Source of the DNA: Nitrosospira multiformis
GTDB taxonomy: Bacteria; Pseudomonadota; Gammaproteobacteria; Burkholderiales; Nitrosomonadaceae
DNA length: 32,000 bases
Direction of reading: 5' to 3'
NCBI RefSeq assembly: GCF_900103165.1
Contig: NZ_FNKY01000001.1
Coordinates: 3,442,981 to 3,474,980, forward strand
The notes beneath the pieces are model-generated. The model ran no database searches. It was not told the origin of the DNA and saw only the letters and a program-made list of their open reading frames with translations. Below, piece by piece: positions 1 to 7,975 of the stretch. Numbering within the stretch: the first letter of the stretch is position 1; each line of letters begins with the position of its first letter. Made by a program: the position numbers and the translations under genes.

Positions 1-311
1 ATACAAGATGCACCTGAATAACTTTGTGCCAACCGTGCCAAAGCATTAGATGCATCAATTCCAGTGACTTGATATCCGCGATTCAAGAAAACTCGTAAAT
101 CCCGCCCTGAACCGCACCCTGCATCAAGTATGCTCCCGCCCGGATCTACTAACGACAGGAACCGGTTATGAAGGTGTGATAGGTCCAATGACACAGTTCT
201 ACGGAAATACTCGTCGGCATGCGTCTCGTAGAAAGTTATCGTCGAACTACTCGGATCCAGTAGTTTTTTTTTATCTGTCTGCGGTGCTACAGCTGGGAAC
301 TGCTCTGTCAT
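1..311 (-). CDS. class I SAM-dependent methyltransferase, N-terminal ~103 codons only (gene runs off the left window edge)
   Basis: Absent from the ORF track because it is truncated. My minus-strand translation from ATG 311..309 reads MTEQFPAVAPQTDKKKLLDPSSSTITFYETHADEYFRRTVSLDLSHLHNRFLSLVDPGGSILDAGCGSGRDLRVFLNRGYQVTGIDASNALARLAQSYSGASC with no stop. ILDAGCGSGRD followed by GID is the canonical SAM-binding motif I / acidic loop pattern. The ATG overlaps the TGA of the upstream ORF (ATGA). Confidence 0.75.
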   Translation of the reverse strand, partial: MTEQFPAVAPQTDKKKLLDPSSSTITFYETHADEYFRRTVSLDLSHLHNRFLSLVDPGGSILDAGCGSGRDLRVFLNRGYQVTGIDASNALARLAQSYSGASC

Positions 312-1312
312 CCGTTCTCGCTTCTGGCGGTAATCTGCTCGCGCCAATTCTCTAATTCCGAATTGATTTTCTGAAAACCATCATCAATCAGGACCTGAAT
401 CTGTTGAGGGAAAACTGCAGAATCTTCGACCAACAGTCCTGCAATTGATACGTCACTATCATTCTTTTCTTCTATCTGGCTCGCCTGCAAAGACTCTCGT
501 TTCTCTTTTTCAATCTTATGCAGTTGCTTCAATACCGCAAAATGGGCGAGGTAGCATCCAAAAACGCTCATTAGCTCGTGCTGATCAGCGAGAGCATAGC
601 CCGCATTCTTTTCGATAATGTGAACGATCTGCCCCCCTAGCCCAACGATCTCGTCAAAGTAGGGGTCCACTCCGAAATTTTTGCCATACACGCTCGAAAT
701 ATGCAGCACAGTACGGAAACGTTTCCATCCCTCCGGGTTAATCATTATTTGGAGCTCCCCACCAACCTTTTGGAATTGATCACGGTGGATCCGCACCAGG
801 ATATCACCCATCTGACAATACAACGCTTTCGACTGACCAAGAAGCGCATGTAACGGACCATAAAGCAAAGACATCTGCTTCAGGCGCCAATCGACAATAG
901 AATTTGTTATCTCAAGCGTTGCACGTTTCTTAGCTAGAGCAAGCTCATGTCTCATCGTGGCATCCAAACCCACCCGCTCCGACTCGAGCCGTTTCTTTTG
1001 CAGTAAATAATTAATCCCGCCGCCCAAAAAAACGCCAATTAAACCTGCTAAACTTGCTATAAGAGGATTAATCCAATGAGTATCTTCTACATGATCATTA
1101 ATTTTAATTAGTTTCTCATTGATCAAATCGAGCTTGCTCAGAGTCTCAATGCGCTCTAGTATCATCGTTGGCGGCATCATCTTATTCTCGGCTGAACCAG
1201 TGGGTTTGTCTTTCTCCGGTGGCGCTATCTGAGCTTGACCCAATGGTACGATTGTAAGAAACAGCAATACTATCCAAAAATACGTCAAGCTTTTTCTCAT
1301 CGAAAATCTCAC
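308..1312 (-). CDS. hypothetical secreted/membrane-anchored protein (signal peptide, coiled region, one TM helix, ~230-aa unknown C-terminal domain)
   Basis: 334-aa ORF in the track. The track start at 1312 is GTG; the ATG at 1300 gives MRKSLTYFWIVLLFLTIVPLGQAQ, a typical signal peptide. A second hydrophobic stretch is INPLIASLAGLIGVFLGGGINYLL. I recognise no family. The stop overlaps the downstream methyltransferase start. Confidence 0.6.
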   Translation of the reverse strand: MRFSMRKSLTYFWIVLLFLTIVPLGQAQIAPPEKDKPTGSAENKMMPPTMILERIETLSKLDLINEKLIKINDHVEDTHWINPLIASLAGLIGVFLGGGINYLLQKKRLESERVGLDATMRHELALAKKRATLEITNSIVDWRLKQMSLLYGPLHALLGQSKALYCQMGDILVRIHRDQFQKVGGELQIMINPEGWKRFRTVLHISSVYGKNFGVDPYFDEIVGLGGQIVHIIEKNAGYALADQHELMSVFGCYLAHFAVLKQLHKIEKEKRESLQASQIEEKNDSDVSIAGLLVEDSAVFPQQIQVLIDDGFQKINSELENWREQITARSENG

Positions 1313-1728
1313 TATGGATTGGCATTTAGCTTTAATGACTCTCGATACGAGGATGTACTAACAAGAAATTGCTATCTTATCAGGTATAGATTCGCCGATT
1401 GAGACTTCCGCGAGAAATGGTACTTAGAAGTGATGGAGGCTGCACAATATTGCTGGCATTACTAAGGCCTTAAATCTGAGCAATACGTTTTGCGCTTTGA
1501 TAGTAACAGCACCGACTTGTACTAACTCAAGGGAATGTCGAACTGTTAGCTTTGGTCTCATCAATCAAGTCAGAGTGCTCCACTCTTAACCCTATTTGTT
1601 GCCACTATTCCGAATTGAGTATTTGAAGCTTTACTGCCTTCCTATGGTCGCTGCTGATTTTCTCGATGGTTTAATCTATGAGTAGCTTGATGGTGAAGCT
1701 CCTTAGGATATTGTATTAACAGTAGATC

Positions 1729-1748
1729 TGGCGGAGAGGGTGGGATTC
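1729..1748. repeat. distal att-type direct repeat (copy of the 3' end of tRNA-Ser)
   Basis: TGGCGGAGAGGGTGGGATTC at 1729-1748 is identical to 12648-12667, which is the complement of the CCA end, acceptor 3' strand and T-arm of the tRNA-Ser gene. The match ends after 20 nt (c versus g). Confidence 0.8.
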
Positions 1749-1843
1749 CCCTTGTGCATGAGCTTAAGTTACTGATTATTCATTTATTATCCGTAGAGCT
1801 AAGAGTGTATTTGTAGCAACACTCTGCGGCATAACCGCGACTT

Positions 1844-1991
1844 AAGTATAAGCTTTGATTTCAAACTTGCAATAAATTTGTCTCTCGGTGGGCTTCAAGG
1901 AAGTAATTCTCTATCTAAGACCACCGCTATGAGTTCCAATCCCTAAATGATGGAAATACAATTAGTTCGAATCCTGCAAGAACAGAGATAA
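1844..1991. repeat. copy A of a diverged ~145-bp direct repeat (partner at 5804-5947)
   Basis: Blocks shared with copy B, in the same order and orientation: AAGTATAAGCTTTG, AAATTTGTCT, GGGCTTCAA(A)GGAAGT(A/G)ATTC, TATCTAAG, TGAGTT, AATCCCT(A/G)AATG, AACAGA..GATAA. By eye about two thirds of positions are identical. Confidence 0.6.
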
Positions 1992-2062
1992 TCCTTTGGA
2001 GAATGTCTGGGGCACATCTAAAACCAGGATTACACCTTACGGGTCGTTCGATTCAGCCATCG

Positions 2063-2539
2063 TTAATCATCTTTACTATTACAGTCGTTCTGGCATTTTT
2101 CTTGAAGGGTGGCACGAGTTCTTTCCGCTGCCGGGGTATTGTGGAAAGCAAGGTCGGTGCTGTTTGTCGCAAGATGCCCGTTATGGAACGCGTGGACGCA
2201 GCCATCAACGACATGAAACTTTTTGTCATAAGCGCGGAGCGGTTTGTGCGCGGGTCTATTGCAGGCTGGGCATTTTGGATTATCAGCCATTTTAGACTCA
2301 TTCATATTGTTACGAACAGTTTGCAGTTCTCGAAGGATGTAGTCTAGATGATCAGCAAAATCCTCTTTTGTTGCAGCGCAAATACAGGCAAAAGCGATGG
2401 GGTAATCAATCCCACTGCTTGGTGGTGGCAATACATCGGCCGTTTGGATTGTGATCATGGCTTCCGCAACGTCGCCCGAAACATGCTTCTCGTCACACAT
2501 CCCCTTCGCCCATTCCGGCTGGAATTTAATCATTTTCAC
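2063..2539 (-). CDS. hypothetical Cys/His-rich protein (orphan)
   Basis: 158-aa ORF in the track with a GTG start at 2539. The ATG at 2533 is preceded by GGGAGA 9 nt upstream, giving MIKFQPEWAKG... (156 aa). It contains CPACNRPAHKP and HVVDGCVHAFHNGH, a zinc-binding-like pattern. No family recognised. The overlapping plus-strand ORFs (1996-2347) lack such signals. Confidence 0.55.
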   Translation of the reverse strand: MKMIKFQPEWAKGMCDEKHVSGDVAEAMITIQTADVLPPPSSGIDYPIAFACICAATKEDFADHLDYILRELQTVRNNMNESKMADNPKCPACNRPAHKPLRAYDKKFHVVDGCVHAFHNGHLATNSTDLAFHNTPAAERTRATLQEKCQNDCNSKDD

Positions 2540-3281
2540 TTGTCTCCCGGTCTTTGTTTAGCTCAACGTTACTTCAGTTCTCAGTTATACACACCTATGA
2601 ATTGCTGGATGAGACTCGGCGCAACAACCCCACGCACGGCACGGACTGGTTCTGAGGTAGGGCGGGATTACTTTTAGATAATGCATCTAAGGGGCTGTAA
2701 AGGCGTTTAAATCGCATTTTACTGTTGAACTAGTGTTAGGGAACTACATTACGAGTTATTAACGGGCAAATCCGCCGCCACATAAGTTTTACCACTCCAG
2801 TTCCCATTCGACCTTCGTCTCGTCTCTTACCGGTTACAATCCACCGAGGACTTTAATATATAATTTTCCTTCGACATTGTGGAAAACCGTGGTGTTAGAT
2901 TCCCTAACAGATTATTTCTTGATCATGGCAATAGTCGCGTTTTGGGGCTTATTTTGTGGGGAGATTCGCGAAGGGGATCGGTTAAATCGGATGTTGACAA
3001 AGCGAAAGCGCAGGTCGCTATGAATTAATTGAGGTCGATAGGAAACAATATCATGCAAGTGACACTTCTACGCTCATCTGGGAGAGGGCTGGCAATCTTA
3101 GTTTCGGTGGGCCGTGAACGTGATCCAAATAGGGTTAACGGAAAAATTAAGATGTTACCAACCCGGATAAAGATTAGTTCGGTTACTAAGAAAGAGCTTA
3201 TGAAAGATGGGTATCAGCGAAGGGATGGTTCTATTATGGCAATGACGAGATTACCTATCACATCCCCTTGAATTAAGGCTC

Positions 3282-3725
3282 TTGATGGCCAACCCCATCC
3301 TTCTAACTACTCCCAGTAGGAGCGCCTTGATGAGCCGTATTCGGAGCATCAATACGGCGCCAGAAATTCTGGTGCGCTCTGCACTACACCGAATGGGTTT
3401 CCGCTTCCGCCTGCATTACCGCCGACTACCCGGCAAACCAGATCTCGTGTTACCAAAATTTAGGACTGCGATATTTGTGCACGGGTGCTTCTGGCATCAG
3501 CATCTCGGATGCACGAATGCTCGGAAGCCCGAAGCGAATAAGGCGTATTGGAGACCAAAGCTAGAAGCGAATGTCAGCCGTTTCGCTGCACAGACTGAGG
3601 AGTTGGAGAAACTTGGCTGGACAGTTCGCGTGATATGGGAATGTGAGACTAAAGACTCTGAGAAACTGAGAAGCTTGTTGCTGAGTTTCTTCTCCCGGTC
3701 TGTTAGTGGGACTCAGCGCTGTTAA
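3282..3725 (+). CDS. vsr: very short patch repair endonuclease (Vsr)
   Basis: SRSALMSRIRSINTAPEILVRSALHRMGFRFRLHYRRLPGKPDLVLPKFRTAIFVHGCFWHQH is the hallmark Vsr N-terminal/catalytic region. The likely start is ATG 3285, with AAGG 6 nt upstream. It sits next to a C5 methyltransferase, as expected for Vsr. Confidence 0.9.
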   Translation: MMANPILLTTPSRSALMSRIRSINTAPEILVRSALHRMGFRFRLHYRRLPGKPDLVLPKFRTAIFVHGCFWHQHLGCTNARKPEANKAYWRPKLEANVSRFAAQTEELEKLGWTVRVIWECETKDSEKLRSLLLSFFSRSVSGTQRC

Positions 3726-4732
3726 TCGGTGCCCGGATACGGGCCGAGGAATTTATCCCCATTAAAATGAATGAGATGGGTCGGCGTATCAGCGATCCAA
3801 ACTTCGGTTTCCCACGCGATATCTTTTACGTGCGTCCTGAACGTGGCTCTGTCAGGAAAGGCAGTAACGAATACCGTATCGGCAGCACATTCCGCTACCA
3901 TTTTTCTCAATGTTAGAAGCCTAAGCTCAGTAATAGGGTTAGCTGAATGCACAGCTTCTATCAGAAACAGCCAGTTCTTTGACGGAGAATATGCAACAAC
4001 ATCTGGCAATTTGTCCCGTGCAATCTCGGAGAAACTTAACGCCCGTAACCCAGCCTCATCGATATGTAAATACTTACTGGATGTGTCCCCCACATAAAGG
4101 AGTTCTGCGCCGAAACCAAATAACGGAAGGAATTCTTCAATAACGCGCTTCTGAAGAACGTTGTGGGGTCCTGGGCTAAAGTGTAGCTCTATATCCCCTT
4201 TGATTTTGACCGATATACGAGCAAGCTCCCGCTCACGCTTTAATTGCTGCGTCAACGTTTTGTGGTCTCCGTGAAATAGCTCAATACTTGTATCCCATTC
4301 CGGTGTTCCAAACCGCCTAAGCTGCTCGGCTACTAACATGCTTAACCCATAGGGTCTTGTTCCATCATTTGTGTCTGCGTCGGGGTTTTTTGCGCTCTTT
4401 AAAACTACGCCAGCCTCGACCGGTAGAATTAGGTCTGCGCGTCGGATATCGTCGTAGGAACCCTCCGAAATATTCTCATCTAGATACTTGTTCATATATC
4501 GAATAATCTGTCGGGAAATCAGTCGATGCCCATCCTCAATGCTTTTCACATGAGACCACGAAAATCCGGGCCTCATTCCGGCCACAGCGAGGAATGCTTT
4601 GGCCATTTTCTGCTTTCGTCTAGCGGAGAGGCCTACCGACGGCACACCTAATGACGACAAAATGACTAGAGCATCGCTTACTAATTGTGCTAGCTCTGGG
4701 TTTGCCTTGTTATATATTTTTTCGTTCTTCAA
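3722..4732 (-). CDS. type II restriction endonuclease, BsuBI/PstI-like (family call from memory)
   Basis: 336-aa ORF 9 nt downstream of the methyltransferase gene on the same strand. The C-terminal stretch LPDVVAYSPSKNWLFLIEAVHSANPITELRLLTLRKMV...VFVTAFPDRATFRTHVKDIAWETEVWIADTPTHLIHFNGDKFLGPY matches my recollection of the BsuBI/PstI endonuclease C-terminal domain. The start codon is TTG with no obvious SD. Confidence 0.7.
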   Translation of the reverse strand: MKNEKIYNKANPELAQLVSDALVILSSLGVPSVGLSARRKQKMAKAFLAVAGMRPGFSWSHVKSIEDGHRLISRQIIRYMNKYLDENISEGSYDDIRRADLILPVEAGVVLKSAKNPDADTNDGTRPYGLSMLVAEQLRRFGTPEWDTSIELFHGDHKTLTQQLKRERELARISVKIKGDIELHFSPGPHNVLQKRVIEEFLPLFGFGAELLYVGDTSSKYLHIDEAGLRALSFSEIARDKLPDVVAYSPSKNWLFLIEAVHSANPITELRLLTLRKMVAECAADTVFVTAFPDRATFRTHVKDIAWETEVWIADTPTHLIHFNGDKFLGPYPGTD

Positions 4733-4741
4733 TGGGTATTT

Positions 4742-5755
4742 TCAAAGTTGAAAATTAAGCTGTGCTGGCAACCGCTGCTTGGAGCCCCCTTTCACAGCCA
4801 AACGATCCGACGGCTCCAGATAGCTCAGAACGCTCTCGGCCAAATTAAAAGCTAACATTGGAGGGACAGCATTACCGATCTGTTTGAATACACTTGTCTC
4901 CCCACCGGCGAATTCAAACCAATCAGGAAAGCTCTGAACCCGAGCGGCTTCTCTGAAAGTCAACCTCCTGCGACGTCCGTCCTCTAACCGCACACGCTGC
5001 ATATCGCCCGTTGCACCCGCAAGGTTTCGGCAGGTGATTGTGCGAGATGGCCTGTCCAAATGTAAGTCTCGGGGATTAATGCATTTTGACGCGCGCTCAT
5101 ACTTAGCCACATAGAGGTCCATCTGCGGAGTAAGGAACTTCGAGTTTTCATGAGCTTGAAGGACTGACTCTCCTAGAGCCTCGCCGGCAGTTATACGTTT
5201 TGAATGCTTAGCTGGGAAACGAAAACCACCGCGATGGCCAACAACTATAACTCGCTGACGGTTCTGAGGAACAGAGTAATCAACGGCATTTAATAGCTCA
5301 CATTCAACGACGTAACCCAAGCTTTCTAGCTCTTGCATTATTTCAATTAAATACCTCTTGTTTCGATACATTAGCCCGCGAACATTTTCGAACATCCAGA
5401 GATCTGGTTTTGCTCGCTGGACTGCCCTTATGAATGTCGGAAATCCGTCGCGGGAATCCTGTATGCCCATTTGATTGCCACCAACACTGAATGGCTGACA
5501 GGGTGGGCCGCCTATAACAACCTCCGCCTTTGGAAAATCAGACGTAGAGATAAGTTTTACATTAATACAATCGCCTTTTAGGTTGAGTCTGTATGTAGCG
5601 CAGCAGTCTGCGTCCATCTCAAAGCCAAGTGTTTCGAAGCCGTGAGCCTCAAAGCCTAAAGCTAAGCCGCCACAGCCCGCAAAAAGATCAAGGACCAACG
5701 GCTTTCCTGGTGGCTTCGGCCTAAGTAGGCAATTAATATCTTCCATATACGCCAT
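4742..5755 (-). CDS. DNA (cytosine-5)-methyltransferase
   Basis: Canonical m5C methyltransferase motifs are present: DLFAGCGGLALGFEAHGF (motif I), GGPPCQPFS (motif IV, catalytic Cys), ENV (motif VI), QNRQRV (motif VIII), RRLTFREAARVQSFPDWFEF (motif IX), GNAVPP (motif X). Confidence 0.95.
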   Translation of the reverse strand: MAYMEDINCLLRPKPPGKPLVLDLFAGCGGLALGFEAHGFETLGFEMDADCCATYRLNLKGDCINVKLISTSDFPKAEVVIGGPPCQPFSVGGNQMGIQDSRDGFPTFIRAVQRAKPDLWMFENVRGLMYRNKRYLIEIMQELESLGYVVECELLNAVDYSVPQNRQRVIVVGHRGGFRFPAKHSKRITAGEALGESVLQAHENSKFLTPQMDLYVAKYERASKCINPRDLHLDRPSRTITCRNLAGATGDMQRVRLEDGRRRRLTFREAARVQSFPDWFEFAGGETSVFKQIGNAVPPMLAFNLAESVLSYLEPSDRLAVKGGSKQRLPAQLNFQL

Positions 5756-5803
5756 ATAAACGGTGTTACTTTTGAGCTGGGTTATAAAGAAATGTCTTCA
5801 TTG

Positions 5804-5947
5804 AAGTATAAGCTTTGGTTACTAGAACCAAGAAATTTGTCTAACAATGGGCTTCAAAGGAAGTGATTCGTATCTAAGGTTACCCACCCTCATTGAGTTT
5901 GAATCCCTGAATGGTAAATAACGAATTCTGTTAACAGAACAGATAAA
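5804..5947. repeat. copy B of the diverged ~145-bp direct repeat (partner at 1844-1991)
   Basis: See copy A. Copy B ends ~50 nt upstream of the methyltransferase start codon (minus strand). It contains the palindromes TTGGTT-ACTAG-AACCAA (5815-5831) and CTGTTAACAG. Confidence 0.6.
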
Positions 5948-5994
5948 GGAATGTTGTTAGATACTACTTCCTATCGAAAGCATGTTTCTGTTGT

Positions 5995-6345
5995 TCATTG
6001 ACGTTCATCGTGAATAAGTATATCTGGAGTCCGCTGTATGTTCGGTCGCTTGTATTCTGAATCATCTTCGCTAAGGCACCTAAACGTAACATTTACCGTG
6101 GTATCTATATCCATCCTAGTTCTTGCAGTGCGTTCATTCATAAACATAAACTTTTTCCCGAGTGAGGGGCATTTTTTTGCACCCATCTGAAAGGCACTTT
6201 CTCTTGCCGATGCTGCTGTTCTAAAACCATCAGCTGTAGAGCTTACAGAATACGTGTCTCATCCCATCTCTAGCACGTCACTGGTCGAAACACACCCTAA
6301 CAGCAGAATTGTAAGAAATGAAAGTCCACTTAATTTATATTTCAT
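5995..6345 (-). pseudogene. small lipoprotein gene interrupted by one in-frame TGA (codon 29, 6259-6261)
   Basis: The track lists only 5995..6186. My translation from ATG 6345..6343 (AGGGAG just upstream) gives MKYKLSGLSFLTILLLGCVSTSDVLEMG-TGA-DTYSVSSTADGFRTAASARESAFQMGAKKCPSLGKKF..., in the same frame as the 63-aa ORF. It has a lipobox (LLGC). The total of 116 codons matches the neighbouring lipoprotein. Confidence 0.6.
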
Positions 6346-6967
6346 AGCTCCCTGTTCAGTGTGTCGTTTCCATTTAGCCCGTTTAATTTAACGTCGGATT
6401 GAGGGATAAGTTTAATTGCATGAAAATGTGCTTAGATGAGCTTCTAAAAAAACTTATTGGTATAGTTACTAAAATTGATACCCTGTATTGAATATCTATG
6501 CGGATTCTTACTAATAACGCTCCGCAATTCGATGATTGCTGTAATTCGCAAGTTAAAATGTTTTATAGTTTCATCTTGGTAACTTCTTGGTAGCTGTTTG
6601 ATACCTAGTAGGTAATTTAAAACCTATTATATTGAATTAATGGCTTTTCTTTAGGGAGCTGACAAATCTACCCCTAACCCATCTAACAAGATGAGTTAAG
6701 TTGCCAGCCCCCTAAGAGACATCTTTTCTCCAGGTTCTTCCTTCAGTCTGCTGTATTTTGTGTTGGATAATATCGCACCCTGAAGGTCCGCCGAATGCTA
6801 TATCCCTCACTGACCCGGCTACAGCGACCCTTTTGGGGCCAACTCCGCCTGTGAACGTTGTTGTCAGATTCCCTTCTACGTTCCGCCACATGCTGTCATG
6901 TAGCTTATACGACCGCACCCGAACGTGCTGTATACCGATAAGGTCGGAAGACTTCTTAAAGATTATT

Positions 6968-6994
6968 AGTTTTAAGTTTTAAGTTTTAAGTTTG
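6968..6994. repeat. heptamer tandem repeat, about 4 copies of AGTTTTA
   Basis: Read directly: AGTTTTA AGTTTTA AGTTTTA AGTTTG, inside an ~850-bp tract with no convincing ORF. Confidence 0.8.
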
Positions 6995-7192
6995 GTTTGC
7001 AGCTAAACACAATATTCGGAGATAAGAAGATAGATTTTACTACCTGGAAAATACCGTTGCTTACATTATAGCCAGCGTTCCGGGAATCCTTCAGGTTTTA
7101 TGTGGGAGTGCGCCCAAGCTGCTTAATGGCGAGCTTAAAACAGCTTTAGGCGATGCGAGGCAGTGTGCGTAAGAGAGTCGGGGTATACCTGA

Positions 7193-7543
7193 CTACGAGC
7201 GGGGATTGCCATGTAGATTTGAATGGATGGGCTTGGGGTCAGTCTTGCATCGGATTTCCCAAATAATGTCAGTCAGATAGGTAAGTCGGGTTCCGTATGG
7301 ACTCATGGGGCCAGGGATTATTTCCTCATTCACGACGTTATAGCCCGCATCGCAAAGTGTGGTGGCATATTTATTCAGACTGTTCAAGGACATATCCTTG
7401 GTTCCGCTATCTAGCCCACCATATCGGCTTGAGAGAACATATGCCTTAGAGCCATCATTGGTCTGAATTCTTGTTTGATTTACCTTCATTGCCGAACAAC
7501 CCACCAGCGTCACGGCTAACAAACTAAGAATCAGACTTTTCAT
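7193..7543 (-). CDS. small lipoprotein (hypothetical)
   Basis: MKSLILSLLAVTLVGCSAM is a signal peptide plus lipobox (LVGC). AAGGAG lies 9 nt upstream of the ATG. It shares length and spaced motifs (Y.[VL]SS, A..[LK]C..G, [IF]RC) with the TGA-interrupted gene at 5995-6345. Confidence 0.75.
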   Translation of the reverse strand: MKSLILSLLAVTLVGCSAMKVNQTRIQTNDGSKAYVLSSRYGGLDSGTKDMSLNSLNKYATTLCDAGYNVVNEEIIPGPMSPYGTRLTYLTDIIWEIRCKTDPKPIHSNLHGNPRS

Positions 7544-7569
7544 GGCACGTTACTCCTTACACTTGATTA

Positions 7570-7592
7570 AATAAAAGGCCCGAAACCGGGCC
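7570..7592 (-). terminator. Rho-independent terminator after the 7598-7870 gene
   Basis: On the minus strand, GGCCCG-GTTT-CGGGCC (6-bp GC stem) is followed by TTTTAT. It starts 6 nt after the TAA stop. Confidence 0.6.
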
Positions 7593-7597
7593 TCGTG

Positions 7598-7870
7598 TTA
7601 GTAGAGCCTATCTGAAGAAGATTCGCGCTCATAGGCCCGTTCACGGCGCTCGCTTTCTTGGTAACGCTGTTCACTGCGATCCCGGTCTTGCCTACGTTCC
7701 GTCTGCTCCTGATTGCGCTGACGGATAACCGCAGTGTCCGAAGAAGTGCGATCATCACCCACATAACGGCCTTCACCGACATAAGTTGCCTTCTCGCCCA
7801 CCTGCGCGGTTACTGGCATAGCAGCCAATGCGAGGGGGACGACTAGGAAGAAAATAGTTGATTTACTCAT
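7598..7870 (-). CDS. small secreted, highly charged (Arg/Glu/Asp/Gln-rich) protein, hypothetical
   Basis: The track ORF is 7598..7900. I prefer ATG 7870, giving MSKSTIFFLVVPLALAAMPVTAQ (signal peptide). The mature part ends ...RQRNQEQTERRQDRDRSEQRYQESERRERAYERESSSDRLY, which is low complexity. Confidence is limited by that composition. Confidence 0.5.
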   Translation of the reverse strand: MSKSTIFFLVVPLALAAMPVTAQVGEKATYVGEGRYVGDDRTSSDTAVIRQRNQEQTERRQDRDRSEQRYQESERRERAYERESSSDRLY

Positions 7871-7975
7871 AAGGGACCACTCCAAAAATGACAAGGTCAT
7901 TGTCTTTGCTGACGCAGAAACTGCTAATTTACGATCCCAATCAAACTCTTTCCCTAACGTAAATTTCGGTATTTA

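Noticed and set aside
1930-1945. T-loop-like strings GAGTTCCAATCCC (copy A) and GAGTTTGAATCCC (copy B, ~5894-5906) as tRNA fragments or secondary att sites.
   Set aside because: The flanking bases do not form a T-stem or acceptor strand, and they do not match the tRNA-Ser 3' end beyond the AATCCC core.
1996-2677. Plus-strand ORFs (99, 114 and 109 aa) and the 82-aa minus-strand ORF around orf156.
   Set aside because: They are antisense to or out of frame with the ORF that has a good SD and a protein-like, Cys/His-motif sequence, and they have no start signals of their own. They remain possible but unsupported.
3029-3271. 80-aa plus-strand ORF just upstream of vsr (TTG start; internal ATG 3053 with AGGA upstream).
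   Set aside because: It has no recognisable motif and an odd composition. It could be a real small gene co-transcribed with vsr, but I cannot support that from sequence alone.
6259-6261. The in-frame TGA in the lipoprotein gene read as selenocysteine.
   Set aside because: I could see no SECIS-like hairpin immediately downstream, and a small lipoprotein has no redox context. A nonsense mutation (TGG to TGA) or a sequencing error is simpler.
6712-6982. Overlapping 68-aa (minus) and 74-aa (plus) ORFs in the island's non-coding tract.
   Set aside because: The minus ORF has only a GTG start, no SD, and an upstream in-frame stop close by. The plus ORF runs into the heptamer repeat. They are more likely the remnant of a decayed gene.
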